A stretch of 64,000 bases of DNA from Spirochaetia bacterium (GTDB lineage: Bacteria; Spirochaetota; Spirochaetia; CAKZLE01): the NCBI GenBank assembly GCA_963677595.1, contig OY782041.1:2528001-2592000 (forward strand), read 5' to 3'. How positions within the stretch are numbered: the stretch's first letter is position 1; the number at the start of each line of letters is the position of its first letter. This document shows positions 28,504-37,947 of this stretch, piece after piece. The translations under genes were made by a program, and so were the position numbers. The notes under the pieces are model-generated. The model was not told the origin of the DNA. It was given only the letters and a program-made list of their open reading frames with translations, and ran no database searches.

Positions 28504-29289
28504 TCAGCTGTGATCCCCAACGAACCTGACGATCTCCCTGATCAGCTCTGCCTCGTGGCCGAGGTCGGCGAAGCTGTGGTCTGCACCCTCTATCGCGTGG
28601 AGGGACGCTGGTTCACGGTAATACCCGCTGAATTCCCTTCCGGTCTGAAGCGGCACTGCCTCGTCTACCGTCCCGTGGATGATATGCACCGGACCGGTAT
28701 AGGCTGCCGCCCTCGCCGGGAGGCCTGGCATGACTGCCTTGAGGTCCTCGTGGAATGCCGCTGAGACGAGGAACCCGGCATGGTCCACTGACCCGTCGTC
28801 CCTGACCCTGTCGGGGGCGTTCCCCTTGGCCTCCTCGAAGGCTGGGAGCATGTTCCCTGCCGGAGCCATGAGGATGAGTCCCCTCGGGGCCGGCAGACTT
28901 CCTGCTGCTGCAAGGTCCCCGCAGAGACGTGCGGCAACGACACCGCCCATGCTGTGGCCGAGGACGAAGATCCGCTCGTTATCGATCCGAGGGTCTTCAC
29001 ACAGGGTCTGATAGGCTGCATGGGCCTGCTCGATCTCGGAGGAGAGGGTCATCTCCCCGAACTCGCCGTCGCTCTCCCCGGAACCGATGAAGTCGTACCG
29101 TACGGCTGCCGTCCCGATCGACTCCAGTGCCCGTGATATATGGACATGGATCCGATGGGACCCGCCCTTGTGTCCGGTGAACCCGTGGTTGATGAGTACT
29201 GCGGGACAGGGTGTATTACCCGTTTCGGGAATGTGCTCCATCCCCCGCATGACCTGCCCGTTCCATGCAAGTGTCACTGCCTGCTGCAT
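28504..29289 (-). CDS. Alpha/beta hydrolase
   Basis: HGFTG, DF.GSGESDG, GHSMGG, HG..D..V and GADH motifs. Confidence 0.92.
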   Translation of the reverse strand: MQQAVTLAWNGQVMRGMEHIPETGNTPCPAVLINHGFTGHKGGSHRIHVHISRALESIGTAAVRYDFIGSGESDGEFGEMTLSSEIEQAHAAYQTLCEDPRIDNERIFVLGHSMGGVVAARLCGDLAAAGSLPAPRGLILMAPAGNMLPAFEEAKGNAPDRVRDDGSVDHAGFLVSAAFHEDLKAVMPGLPARAAAYTGPVHIIHGTVDEAVPLQTGREFSGYYREPASLHAIEGADHSFADLGHEAELIREIVRFVGDHS

Positions 29290-29291
29290 AG

Positions 29292-29810
29292 TTATTTCAC
29301 CTTCTCCACCTCTTCGTACTCGAGGTCGATCTTGAATCGCTTGTCGTAGAGATTGATCTCGACGGTCACCCGGTGCTTGCGCTTATCGACCTTGGTGATC
29401 GCCCCCTCGTTCCCCTTCAGGGGGCCCTTGAGGACACGGACCCGTTTGTTCCGGTCGAAGACCACCTGTGACTTCCGGGCGATCTCCCCATCCACCGTGA
29501 GGGATGAGATGATCGTGCGGTCCTCATCCTTGAGCGGGATGAGCACCCCGTCCTTCTCCTTGAGATACCACATGAAGAAGGGCTGCTTCCGAAGCAGTTC
29601 CCGTGTCGTGAGGTCCGGGTCGTCGGTCTCCCAGAAGATATAGCCCGGGAAGATCGGCTTCACGAGCTTCATGAACTTGCCCCGCCGCTTTATGGTCAGC
29701 TCCCGTCTCGGCAGGATCAGCTTGCAGTGGAGGTCCTTCGTGCGCTTCACATGTGCGAGGTACCGTTCTTCCTTACCGGTGAGTACCTGCAGTACATAAC
29801 AGTTCGTCAT
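29292..29810 (-). CDS. loaP: NusG-paralogue antiterminator, LoaP type
   Basis: YVLQVLTGKEE, basic hairpin RRELTIKRRGK, IFPGYIF, and KOW motif GPLKG.EG.I.KVDKRK.R. Confidence 0.8.
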   Translation of the reverse strand: MTNCYVLQVLTGKEERYLAHVKRTKDLHCKLILPRRELTIKRRGKFMKLVKPIFPGYIFWETDDPDLTTRELLRKQPFFMWYLKEKDGVLIPLKDEDRTIISSLTVDGEIARKSQVVFDRNKRVRVLKGPLKGNEGAITKVDKRKHRVTVEINLYDKRFKIDLEYEEVEKVK

Positions 29811-29898
29811 AGCGGGGAGTATAGCATAGAAGCCTCAGGATGGGGTAGTGGCTCAGTGAGAAGAAGGGAGAAACCCCTGCGGGTAGAGTTCCCCATTC

Positions 29899-29927
29899 TT
29901 GCAAACCGGAGGCAAAGCAGGTACAAT
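29899..29927 (+). promoter_or_regulatory. Sigma70 promoter of argH
   Basis: TTGCAA-17bp-TACAAT. Confidence 0.65.
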
Positions 29928-29958
29928 CATCCCCATATTCAGTTAGGATGGTGGACAG

Positions 29959-31365
29959 ATGGGAAAACTCTGGCAGAAGGACTACTCACTCGATTCTCTG
30001 ATCGAGACATATACCGTGGGAAATGACTATATCCTCGATGTTCAGCTCGTGGAGGCTGACTGCTTCGCGAGTGCCGCTCATGCGACGATGCTGGAGTCGA
30101 TCGGGATCCTGACCTCCGAGGAGCTTAAAGCTCTCAAGGCCGGGCTGCAGGAGATCATCAGGGATGACTCCTTCTCGATCGGTCGGTCTGACGAGGATTG
30201 CCATACCGCCATCGAAGGGTACCTGACAAGACGGGTGGGGGAAGCCGGGAAGAAGATCCACACCGGCCGAAGTCGCAATGACCAGGTCCAGACAGCACTC
30301 CGGGTTTGGATGCGGGACTTCCTCATCTCCATGGTCACCGAGACGGCGGAACTCGTCCGGGTCATGACGGAGTTCGCCGGGGCCAACACGAAGGTCCCCA
30401 TGCCCGGAAGGACCCATATGCAGGTGGCGATGCCCTCCTCGGTCGGGCTCTGGTCAGCAGGCTATGCCGAGGAACTCCTCGATGAGGCGAGCCACCTCCT
30501 CAACATCCTGGACCTCATAGACCAGTCACCCCTCGGGGCAGCAGCCAGCTACGGTGTGCCGCTCCCGCTGGACCGGGAGATGACCGCGGGGCTGATGGGC
30601 TTCTCCAAGGTACAGAACAACGTGCTCTATGCCAATAATTCACGGGGCAAGTTCGAGGCGGTCATCGTAGATGGACTCGACTATATCTGCCTTACGTTGA
30701 GCAAGATCGCCCAGGACCTGATCCTCTACTCGATGCCCGAGTTCGGCTACTTCAGCCTCCCGGCACAGCTGTGCACCGGGTCGAGCATCATGCCCCAGAA
30801 GAAGAACCCCGACGGGCTGGAACTCACCAGGTCGAAATCTGCGATCGTATCAGCCTGTGCCGTACAGATCAAGAACATCATCAGGTCCCTCCCGTCCGGG
30901 TACAACCGGGACTTCCAGGATACCAAGGACCCGCTCATGCGGGCTGCACAGGCAGCCTACCAGTCGGTCCGGGTCATGCAGCTCACCTTCTCCGAGCTGC
31001 AGGTCCATGAGGAGGTCCTCATGCGTTCCTACCTGCCGGAGATCTACGCTACCGATAAGGCCCTGAACCTCGTGGCAGCCGGGATGAGCTTCCGGGATGC
31101 CTACCGTGAGGTCGGCCTCAACCTGGAGGATGTTGCCAGCATGGATCCGATCGAGACCCTGGAGAACAGGACCTCTACCGGGACACCTGGCAACCTCAGG
31201 CTCGACAAGCTCTCATCGGCAGTCGGGGAGGTCGCCTCAGCCGCTGGGCAAAAGAGAAGCCATGTACAGCAGGCTGTACATGGCCTCTTCCCTGAACTGG
31301 AGACCTGCGGTTCTTCTCCGCACTCTAGGTCGGATCTATCAGGTATAAAGACTCCGCTATATTGA
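29959..31365 (+). CDS. argH: Argininosuccinate lyase
   Basis: HTGRSRNDQ, MPGRTHMQ.A, TGSSIMPQKKNPD and LPSGYNRDFQ motifs. Confidence 0.95.
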   Translation: MGKLWQKDYSLDSLIETYTVGNDYILDVQLVEADCFASAAHATMLESIGILTSEELKALKAGLQEIIRDDSFSIGRSDEDCHTAIEGYLTRRVGEAGKKIHTGRSRNDQVQTALRVWMRDFLISMVTETAELVRVMTEFAGANTKVPMPGRTHMQVAMPSSVGLWSAGYAEELLDEASHLLNILDLIDQSPLGAAASYGVPLPLDREMTAGLMGFSKVQNNVLYANNSRGKFEAVIVDGLDYICLTLSKIAQDLILYSMPEFGYFSLPAQLCTGSSIMPQKKNPDGLELTRSKSAIVSACAVQIKNIIRSLPSGYNRDFQDTKDPLMRAAQAAYQSVRVMQLTFSELQVHEEVLMRSYLPEIYATDKALNLVAAGMSFRDAYREVGLNLEDVASMDPIETLENRTSTGTPGNLRLDKLSSAVGEVASAAGQKRSHVQQAVHGLFPELETCGSSPHSRSDLSGIKTPLY

Positions 31366-33013
31366 TGCAGTAGTCCCCAATATGCTCGAGGTGCCGTACC
31401 TTGTCGATCAGCAGCAGCTCGGTCTTGACGTGTGCCCCGCCCTTGAGGTCGTTCTGGGCCAGGATCCTCATGCTGTTCCGCATGGCATTGATCTGCTTCT
31501 CGAACTTGTTCGCCTCCTCCATGTCGGTGGTGGTGACCTTCCGGTCGAGGTGGTCCCTGGTGAAATCGATGAACCCCTTCACCAGTCTCTGGTACTCTGC
31601 CAGCTTCTGGTGTGCCTTCTCGGAGAAGTGGTACCCGTGGGTATAGCGCCTCTCGGAGAGGAGGATGAGGTTGTAGCAGCTGTCGCCGATGCTTTCGAGC
31701 TCGTTGATGATCCTGATCAGCGAGGTGATCTGCTTCGCACTGTGGGGATTGAGGTTCTCCTGGGAGACCCCTACCAGTGACTGCGAGAGCTGTTCCTGCA
31801 TCTGGTCGGTATACTCCTCGAGCTGCTTGATCCTCTTGACCTCCTTGCTCATCTCCGTATCGGGATTGTCGAACACATCACAGAAGGTGCAGAACATGTC
31901 CGCCGTCACCTGGGCCATCTTCCTGACCTCGTCCTTCACGGTGATCAGGTAGAGCTCCGGGGTGTCCTGGTATCCTGACTGGATATACTTGAAATGGTAG
32001 ACCATACCCTCCTCGATCTCCCCGGCCTTCATCGGGACGAGCTTCTCGACGAGTTTCGCGAACTGCGTGATCAGGGGGATGAACAGGATGGTGTTGATCA
32101 CATTGAACACCGTGTGGAACATCGCCAGGTGCTGCGGGAGGTATTCAGCGCTGCCTGCCCCGGTGACCGGTCCCGGTACCAGGACATCGACCAGCCTGAG
32201 GAAGGGGGTGAAGAGGATCATGACCCAGACCGTACCGAGGACATTGAAGAGTATATGGGCCCGCGATGCCCGCTTCGCCGTGGTGGTGGTCCCGATCGAG
32301 GCGAGGAATGCCGTGACGGTCGTACCGATGTTCTGCCCGAGCACCAGTGCCGCTGCGGCAGAGTAGCCGATCCAGCCGGAGTAGGCCATGGTCAGGGTTA
32401 TCGCCATGGCGGCCGAGGATGACTGGACGATGATGGTGATGAGGATCCCGACGAGTACGAAGAAGAGCATGCTGAACACACCTCTCTGCGAGAAGTGCTG
32501 GATGAACTCGAGTACTTGAGGACTCTGGTTGATGTCCGGCACTGAGTCCTTGAGGAATTCAAGGCCGAGGAAGAGCAGGCCGAAACCGACCAATACCTCG
32601 CCGAAATCCTTGTGCTTGAGACTCTTGATGAAGAGGAAGGGGAACCCGATCGCAATCGCGGGGATCGCGAGTGTGGACACCTTGATCTTGAACCCGAGGA
32701 GTGCCACGATCCATCCGGTGACGGTCGTACCGATGTTCGCCCCGAGGATGACCCCGATGGACTGGGTCAGGTTCATCAGGCCTGCATTCACGAAACTGAC
32801 GATCATGACAGTCGTCGCTGAGGATGACTGAATGATCGCGGTAATCGCCAATCCGGTAAACACTGCCGCGAACCGATTCCCCGTCATGAACTTGAGGATC
32901 GATCGCATCCTGTCACCGGCAGATTTCTGTATACCCTCACTCATGACCTTCATCCCGTAGAGGAAGAGGCCGAGGCTGCCGATGATCTCTAATAATTGAC
33001 CAATAATATTCAT
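31325..33013 (-). CDS. Na/Pi cotransporter with PhoU-like C-terminal domain
   Basis: Two QSSSA repeats, GANIGTT/GQNIGTT, and ELESIGD/LEHIGD motifs. Confidence 0.93.
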   Translation of the reverse strand: MNIIGQLLEIIGSLGLFLYGMKVMSEGIQKSAGDRMRSILKFMTGNRFAAVFTGLAITAIIQSSSATTVMIVSFVNAGLMNLTQSIGVILGANIGTTVTGWIVALLGFKIKVSTLAIPAIAIGFPFLFIKSLKHKDFGEVLVGFGLLFLGLEFLKDSVPDINQSPQVLEFIQHFSQRGVFSMLFFVLVGILITIIVQSSSAAMAITLTMAYSGWIGYSAAAALVLGQNIGTTVTAFLASIGTTTTAKRASRAHILFNVLGTVWVMILFTPFLRLVDVLVPGPVTGAGSAEYLPQHLAMFHTVFNVINTILFIPLITQFAKLVEKLVPMKAGEIEEGMVYHFKYIQSGYQDTPELYLITVKDEVRKMAQVTADMFCTFCDVFDNPDTEMSKEVKRIKQLEEYTDQMQEQLSQSLVGVSQENLNPHSAKQITSLIRIINELESIGDSCYNLILLSERRYTHGYHFSEKAHQKLAEYQRLVKGFIDFTRDHLDRKVTTTDMEEANKFEKQINAMRNSMRILAQNDLKGGAHVKTELLLIDKVRHLEHIGDYCINIAESLYLIDPT

Positions 33014-33106
33014 GATGGAATGGTAGCAACTGATGAGGAATATGTAAATACTGTAAGAGTAATGTGAGAAAAGTATGAGTTAATTTAACCGTTTTATAAC
33101 AATTGG

Positions 33107-33934
33107 TCAGGCACGCTTCTTCGAGACGATGGCGCCGCGTATGGTAAGTCCTATGAATGTAATGAGATAGGGGAAGCCTGAGAAGAGGGAAGAGGGAAGG
33201 TCGAAGGCACCCTGCGCAAGGGTTGCCAGCATCTCGGCGAGTGCGAAGAACACAGTGGCATAGATGAGGCCGGAAGCCTTCCTGTTCCCGAGGTAGATCG
33301 CCGCGAGGGCGAGCCATCCCTTCCCCGATGAGATGTTCGGTACGTAGGCATGGACGGTCAGGGTGAGCATGGCCCCGGCCAGCCCGCTGAGCAGCCCGGA
33401 ATAGCCGAAGGTGAGGACCTGGATCCTCACGGGATTGCCTCCCCGGATCTCGAGTGCCCGCTGGTTCAGGCCGGCAGCCCTGACCGAGAGGCCGGCCTTC
33501 GTCCCTTTCAGGAACCGGACTGATACGATGAATACCAGTGCCGAGAGGATGAGGAAGCCCGCTGAGACAGCCTCCGAGGAGACCAGGGCTTGCCGTACCT
33601 GCAGGACGCCGCCGGTCCCGTAGGCCCCCTTCGAGACCATGGTGATGATCCCGGGGATGAGGAGGTTCATGGCCAGGCCGGTGATGAATATATTCCCCCT
33701 CAGCCTGAGGGTCAAGGCCGCATAGAGGCTGCTGACCAGTGCTGCTGCAAGGGCTGCGATGACCAGTGCGGCCGGGATCGAGCCGGTGAGGGAGAGGACG
33801 GTGAAGGAGACGAAAGCCCCGCAGAGGATCAGACCCTCTGCCGCGATGTTCAGGAGTCCCGACTGGTCGGTGAAGAACCCGCCGAGTGCAGTGAGGAAGA
33901 TCGGGAGGCTGTAGATCAGGAGAGAGTTTATCAT
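33107..33934 (-). CDS. rfuD: ABC permease (RfuD-like riboflavin transporter)
   Basis: SGLLNIAAEG, G.GW.ALAA and PY motifs; in an FMN-riboswitch operon. Confidence 0.75.
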   Translation of the reverse strand: MINSLLIYSLPIFLTALGGFFTDQSGLLNIAAEGLILCGAFVSFTVLSLTGSIPAALVIAALAAALVSSLYAALTLRLRGNIFITGLAMNLLIPGIITMVSKGAYGTGGVLQVRQALVSSEAVSAGFLILSALVFIVSVRFLKGTKAGLSVRAAGLNQRALEIRGGNPVRIQVLTFGYSGLLSGLAGAMLTLTVHAYVPNISSGKGWLALAAIYLGNRKASGLIYATVFFALAEMLATLAQGAFDLPSSLFSGFPYLITFIGLTIRGAIVSKKRA

Positions 33935-34938
33935 GCAGTCCTCCTTCGGGGGAAGACGAGCTTGAGCGTGATGAAGAGCAGGATGATCCCCCGGATGACC
34001 TCGCTGATCTCGAAACTCATCGAGCTGCCTGCCATGGCTGCCCGGGTCCCGGTCTCCATCCAGGCAAGGAGGAGGGCTGACGGGATGGTCAGCAGCGGGT
34101 TGTTCCCCGCGATGAGCGCGATGACGATGCCGTTCCACCCGTATCCCGAGGTGAACCCGATGATCGATGCGTGCTGGGTCGAGAGGACCATCAGCGCCCC
34201 GGCAAGGCCGAAACAGGCCCCGTTGACCAGCAGGGGTAGGATTGTGTAGGTCCCCTGTGAGATGCCCCCGAACGCCGCGAACTCCCGGTTCGTCCCGATC
34301 ACCCGCAGTTCATAGCCGCCGGGCATATGGTAAAGCCAGAGCCAGAGCGCTGCAGCCGTGAGACATGCGATGAAGATGGTGGCCGTGAGGTTCGACGGGG
34401 GCAGGATCGATGCCATGTGCATCGAGGTATCGATCTGCCTCGTTGTCTGGAGGAACGAGTCCGTATCCCTGAGCGGGCCGGAGATGAGATAGTCGACCAG
34501 GCTCAGCAGGGCCCCAGAGAGCAGGAACGATGAGATGAGCTCATGGATGTGGAAGCGATGCTTCAGGACCCCTGATACCCCCGCGATCACGGCTCCGGTG
34601 GCCATGCTCACCCCGATGACCAGCAGCATCCCCGGGATACCGGCTCCAGCCGGGAGGCTGAGTGCTGTCAGGGTTCCTGCAAGGGCTGAGGTGTAGATCT
34701 GTCCCTCCCCCCCGAGGTTGAAGAGCCCGGCAGTGAAGGAGATGGAGATGCCGCAGCCGCTGATGATGAGGATGGCGGCGATCGCCAGGGTGTTGCCTGC
34801 CGTGTACAGGTTCGAGAAGGGGCCGGTGAGGAAGGTGATGAATGCCTTCCCCGGTTCCGGGGAGACGATGAGGAGGAGGGTGAAGCTGGTGACGAGGGTC
34901 AGCAGGATCAGTATGAGCGGTCTTGCAGCACGTTTCAC
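33931..34938 (-). CDS. rfuC: ABC permease (RfuC-like)
   Basis: GLFNLGGEGQ, GYELR..G.N..FA and GYGWNGI..AL motifs. Confidence 0.75.
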   Translation of the reverse strand: MKRAARPLILILLTLVTSFTLLLIVSPEPGKAFITFLTGPFSNLYTAGNTLAIAAILIISGCGISISFTAGLFNLGGEGQIYTSALAGTLTALSLPAGAGIPGMLLVIGVSMATGAVIAGVSGVLKHRFHIHELISSFLLSGALLSLVDYLISGPLRDTDSFLQTTRQIDTSMHMASILPPSNLTATIFIACLTAAALWLWLYHMPGGYELRVIGTNREFAAFGGISQGTYTILPLLVNGACFGLAGALMVLSTQHASIIGFTSGYGWNGIVIALIAGNNPLLTIPSALLLAWMETGTRAAMAGSSMSFEISEVIRGIILLFITLKLVFPRRRTA

Positions 34939-36458
34939 AGCATCATCTCCCCGATCTCCCGGGCAGTCATTCCCGGGGTGTTGGCGATGATCCCCTTGAG
35001 CCTCCCCCGCTGGAGCACGGCGATCCTGTCGGCTTCATCGAGGGCGGTCTTCACCTCGGAGGTGAAGAAGAGCACTGCCAGCCCCTCCTGCTTGAGCACC
35101 TCGATGGAATCGAAGAGGCTCTCCCTCGTCTGTATATCGAGTCCCCAGGAGATATCGGCGCAGATGAGCACCTTCGGCTGGTGGTAGAGAGCCCTGGCCG
35201 TGATCAGCTTCTGTATATTCCCTCCCGAGAGGCTGAGCAGGGAGTCTCCTGCCTTCCCCTTGATGGAGAATGCCTTGATCACCGAACGGGAGATCCTCTT
35301 CAGCTTCTTCGGTGAGTAGATCGGGATCCGCGGGTGGATGAAGAGCGAGGCCTCCCGCCTCCAACCGATCATCAGGTTCTCCGTCACACTCATCGATATC
35401 GCCCCGCCCTTGGAGAGTCGGTCCGAGGGGATGTACCCGACAGGCTCACCGGGAGTCCCCGGTTCCCGGCCGAGCAGGCGGACCGTACCCCCGGTCTGCC
35501 TGAACGTATCGGAGGCATGCCCTGAGACGATAGCCTCCAGGGCCCGGAGCCCGTTGTCCCGGATCCCGACGACCGCCAGGGTCTCACCCGGCGATACCGT
35601 CAATGAGATATCTTCCACGAAGTCCCGAGTCCCCGGCCTGCCGCCGGAAACCTGGTCCAGTTCTATCACCGGGGCAGCTTTCTCCCAGTCGATCTTCCGG
35701 CCATGGTGCTCCCGCCTGGTCCCGTCGTCGAGCAGGAGCCTCGAGTCATGGTCCCCCATGATCATGGCTGCCAGCCGTTCACGGGTCATGGAGCTCGTGG
35801 GGAAGGTCCCCTGGTGGGTCCCCGCGCGCAGGACGGAGACGGTGTCGCCGAAGGAGAGGGCGTCCTCTATGTTGTGGGTGATCACGATGATGGTCTTCCC
35901 CTCCTCATGCAGCCGCCCGGCAGCCTCAAGGATCTCGGCAGGGGGTTCGTCGAGGATGAAGATGTCGACATCCCTGCTGATCAGGGTCATGAGGGCGGTG
36001 AGCTGCCTGGATGCGGCATCAAGCCGCTCCACCTGCTCATCGGGGTCACAGGGGATGCCGTAGTGTTCACCGATCTGCCTGATGTGCTCATCGACATCGA
36101 CCTTCCTGATCCGGCTGAACGGCTTGGCCTGCTTCATGCCGAGGATGAGGTGGTCCCGCACGGTGAGTTCTGGGAAGAAGTGGAGTACCTGGTGGATCAT
36201 CCCGATGCCTGCATCGAGTGCAGCCTCGGGATGGCTGAAGGCTACCGGCCTCCCGTCGAGCAGGATCCCTCCCGAATCGGGAGGGATGTCCCCGGAGAGG
36301 ATCTTCATGACAGTAGACTTGCCTGCACCGTTCTCTCCCACGATGATGTGTCGCTCCCCGGCCCGTATGGTCAGGGAGATGTCGTCACAGGCATGGATAT
36401 GGTTCGATGCATAGGTCTTGTGGATATGTCTCAGCTCGATGCTGTCATGAAAACCCAC
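34935..36458 (-). CDS. rfuB: ABC ATP-binding protein, tandem-domain CUT2 type (RfuB-like)
   Basis: GENGAGKST, LDEP and LSGGNIQK motifs. Confidence 0.8.
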   Translation of the reverse strand: MGFHDSIELRHIHKTYASNHIHACDDISLTIRAGERHIIVGENGAGKSTVMKILSGDIPPDSGGILLDGRPVAFSHPEAALDAGIGMIHQVLHFFPELTVRDHLILGMKQAKPFSRIRKVDVDEHIRQIGEHYGIPCDPDEQVERLDAASRQLTALMTLISRDVDIFILDEPPAEILEAAGRLHEEGKTIIVITHNIEDALSFGDTVSVLRAGTHQGTFPTSSMTRERLAAMIMGDHDSRLLLDDGTRREHHGRKIDWEKAAPVIELDQVSGGRPGTRDFVEDISLTVSPGETLAVVGIRDNGLRALEAIVSGHASDTFRQTGGTVRLLGREPGTPGEPVGYIPSDRLSKGGAISMSVTENLMIGWRREASLFIHPRIPIYSPKKLKRISRSVIKAFSIKGKAGDSLLSLSGGNIQKLITARALYHQPKVLICADISWGLDIQTRESLFDSIEVLKQEGLAVLFFTSEVKTALDEADRIAVLQRGRLKGIIANTPGMTAREIGEMML

Positions 36459-36472
36459 CTGCTCCTCCTTAC

Positions 36473-37507
36473 CTACAGGCTCTCCAGGTAGGCATGCTGG
36501 GCCTCCCGAACAGACTGCGGGACATGCTCGATGTAGAGCGGGTCATCCTCGATGAAGGAGATGAAGCCCGATTCGACCCCGAGCGTCACGGCGCTGCCGT
36601 AGGGGAGCGTTCCCGCCACTGCCTGCTTCAAGGTCTCGTAGGTAGCGGTATCCTGCCGGATGGAGGTGGAGCCCACCACGGTCCCCGGGGCTTGTGCGTA
36701 GCCGTTGGCGTCGAACCAGAGCACGTAGATCCCGGCCTCCCCGGCTGCGGTGATGACTCCCTGGTTCGCCCCTCCCGAGATGGGGAGGATGACATCGACA
36801 CCGGCTGCGACCATCGCCCGGGCGAGTTCAGCACCTTTGGCAGCATCATACCAGTTGCCGACGACCCGGAAGTCGAGGTCGATGGAGCTGTCCACCATCC
36901 TCGCGCCTTCGAGGAACCCCGGTGCGATCAGGTCGGTCATGTCAGGGTACTCCTGGCCGGCTACCAGCCCGATGGTAAGGTCCCCGTTGGCCCCTTCCAT
37001 GGTGCTCGTGGTGACGAGTCCCGCGATGTAGCCGTTCATCCGTGCCTGCTCGAGCTGGTTGTACCTGAGCGTGTAGATCTGGTCGTTCCCATCCAGGTAC
37101 CCGTCCATGACGATGAACTGCTGGGAGGGGAACTTCGCTGCGACAGCCTCGCAGATAGCCGGCATGGCCGGGTTCGAGGTGATGATCACGTCATGGTCCC
37201 CGGAGGCGGCGAGGGTGGAGATCTTCTCCTCCCATTCCCCCTGGTTGCTCCCTCCCTCGATGACGCTTATCTGCGTCTGCTCGGATTCGGCAGCAGCCTG
37301 TTCGGCACCTGCGACCAGCATCTCATAGATCGGGCTCCCTGAGACGATCCCGGGTACGAATACCGCGATACTGAACTGTTCTGATTGCTCTTCCTGTTTT
37401 GAACAGGAGCTGAAGATGATTCCTGTGAGCAGGAGGCCCACCAGGATGACGGTTCGGAATCGAACAGCTTTCCCGCTGTCCTGATTTCCGGAAAACAATG
37501 TAGACAT
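36473..37507 (-). CDS. rfuA: BMP-family lipoprotein, riboflavin-binding (RfuA-like)
   Basis: Lipobox IFSSC; VFVPG...GSPIYEM, TSNPAMP and GNWYDA.K motifs; lies directly after an FMN riboswitch. Confidence 0.8.
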   Translation of the reverse strand: MSTLFSGNQDSGKAVRFRTVILVGLLLTGIIFSSCSKQEEQSEQFSIAVFVPGIVSGSPIYEMLVAGAEQAAAESEQTQISVIEGGSNQGEWEEKISTLAASGDHDVIITSNPAMPAICEAVAAKFPSQQFIVMDGYLDGNDQIYTLRYNQLEQARMNGYIAGLVTTSTMEGANGDLTIGLVAGQEYPDMTDLIAPGFLEGARMVDSSIDLDFRVVGNWYDAAKGAELARAMVAAGVDVILPISGGANQGVITAAGEAGIYVLWFDANGYAQAPGTVVGSTSIRQDTATYETLKQAVAGTLPYGSAVTLGVESGFISFIEDDPLYIEHVPQSVREAQHAYLESL

Positions 37508-37597
37508 ATGTATCCTCCATACATGTGTGTTTTCCGGGAGTTCTGTCATGTCTTGATTACACGTGTGCAGTAAAGCGCATGATGATTCAGGATATGA

Positions 37598-37717
37598 CGT
37601 TCTTCTCCCATCCAGACTTTCACTGTCGGTCACGGAATTGCACCGTGTCACCTATGGAACCCATAGATTGCGGACTGTCACCGCCGGTCGGGACCGAAGT
37701 CCCTCCCTCGAAGTACG
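37598..37717 (-). ncRNA. FMN (RFN) riboswitch
   Basis: Minus strand: CTTCGAGGGAGGG...CCCGACCGGCGGT...CCGC...CGGTGCAATTCCG..CCGACAGT..AGTCTGGATGGGAGAAG; P1 is CGTACTTC/GAAGAACG. Confidence 0.92.
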
Positions 37718-37947
37718 CTGCTTGATCTCACTCAAGCTATGAACCAAGCATACGAGTACGCGAGTGGGTTGTCAAGTTCCCATCCCCGCATTCTCCCTCC
37801 TTTCTTTCTTGGACACTGTTTCCCCTTGGGCTCTTCAGGCTCACGAAGGGGTCCGGCGATTCCCGCGGGAAGGGGAGTGTGCGGGAATTGCCCCAGTCTT
37901 CTTCGCAGTCATTGACCAAGAAAATTGAGGTGTGTTATTCTCAGCCT

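Noticed and set aside
36473-37651. Extended N-termini in the ORF track (rfuA, dhaK 2898, hyuA 12340, prs 37879, aor 47721, argC 54065, ABC 61494)
   Set aside because: The extensions overlap a riboswitch, promoters or upstream genes; downstream ATGs have better RBS/promoter context and family-typical starts
37760-37895. Pyrimidine-rich/purine-rich imperfect inverted repeat between the riboswitch and prs
   Set aside because: Pairing is loose and low-complexity; no recognisable RNA family
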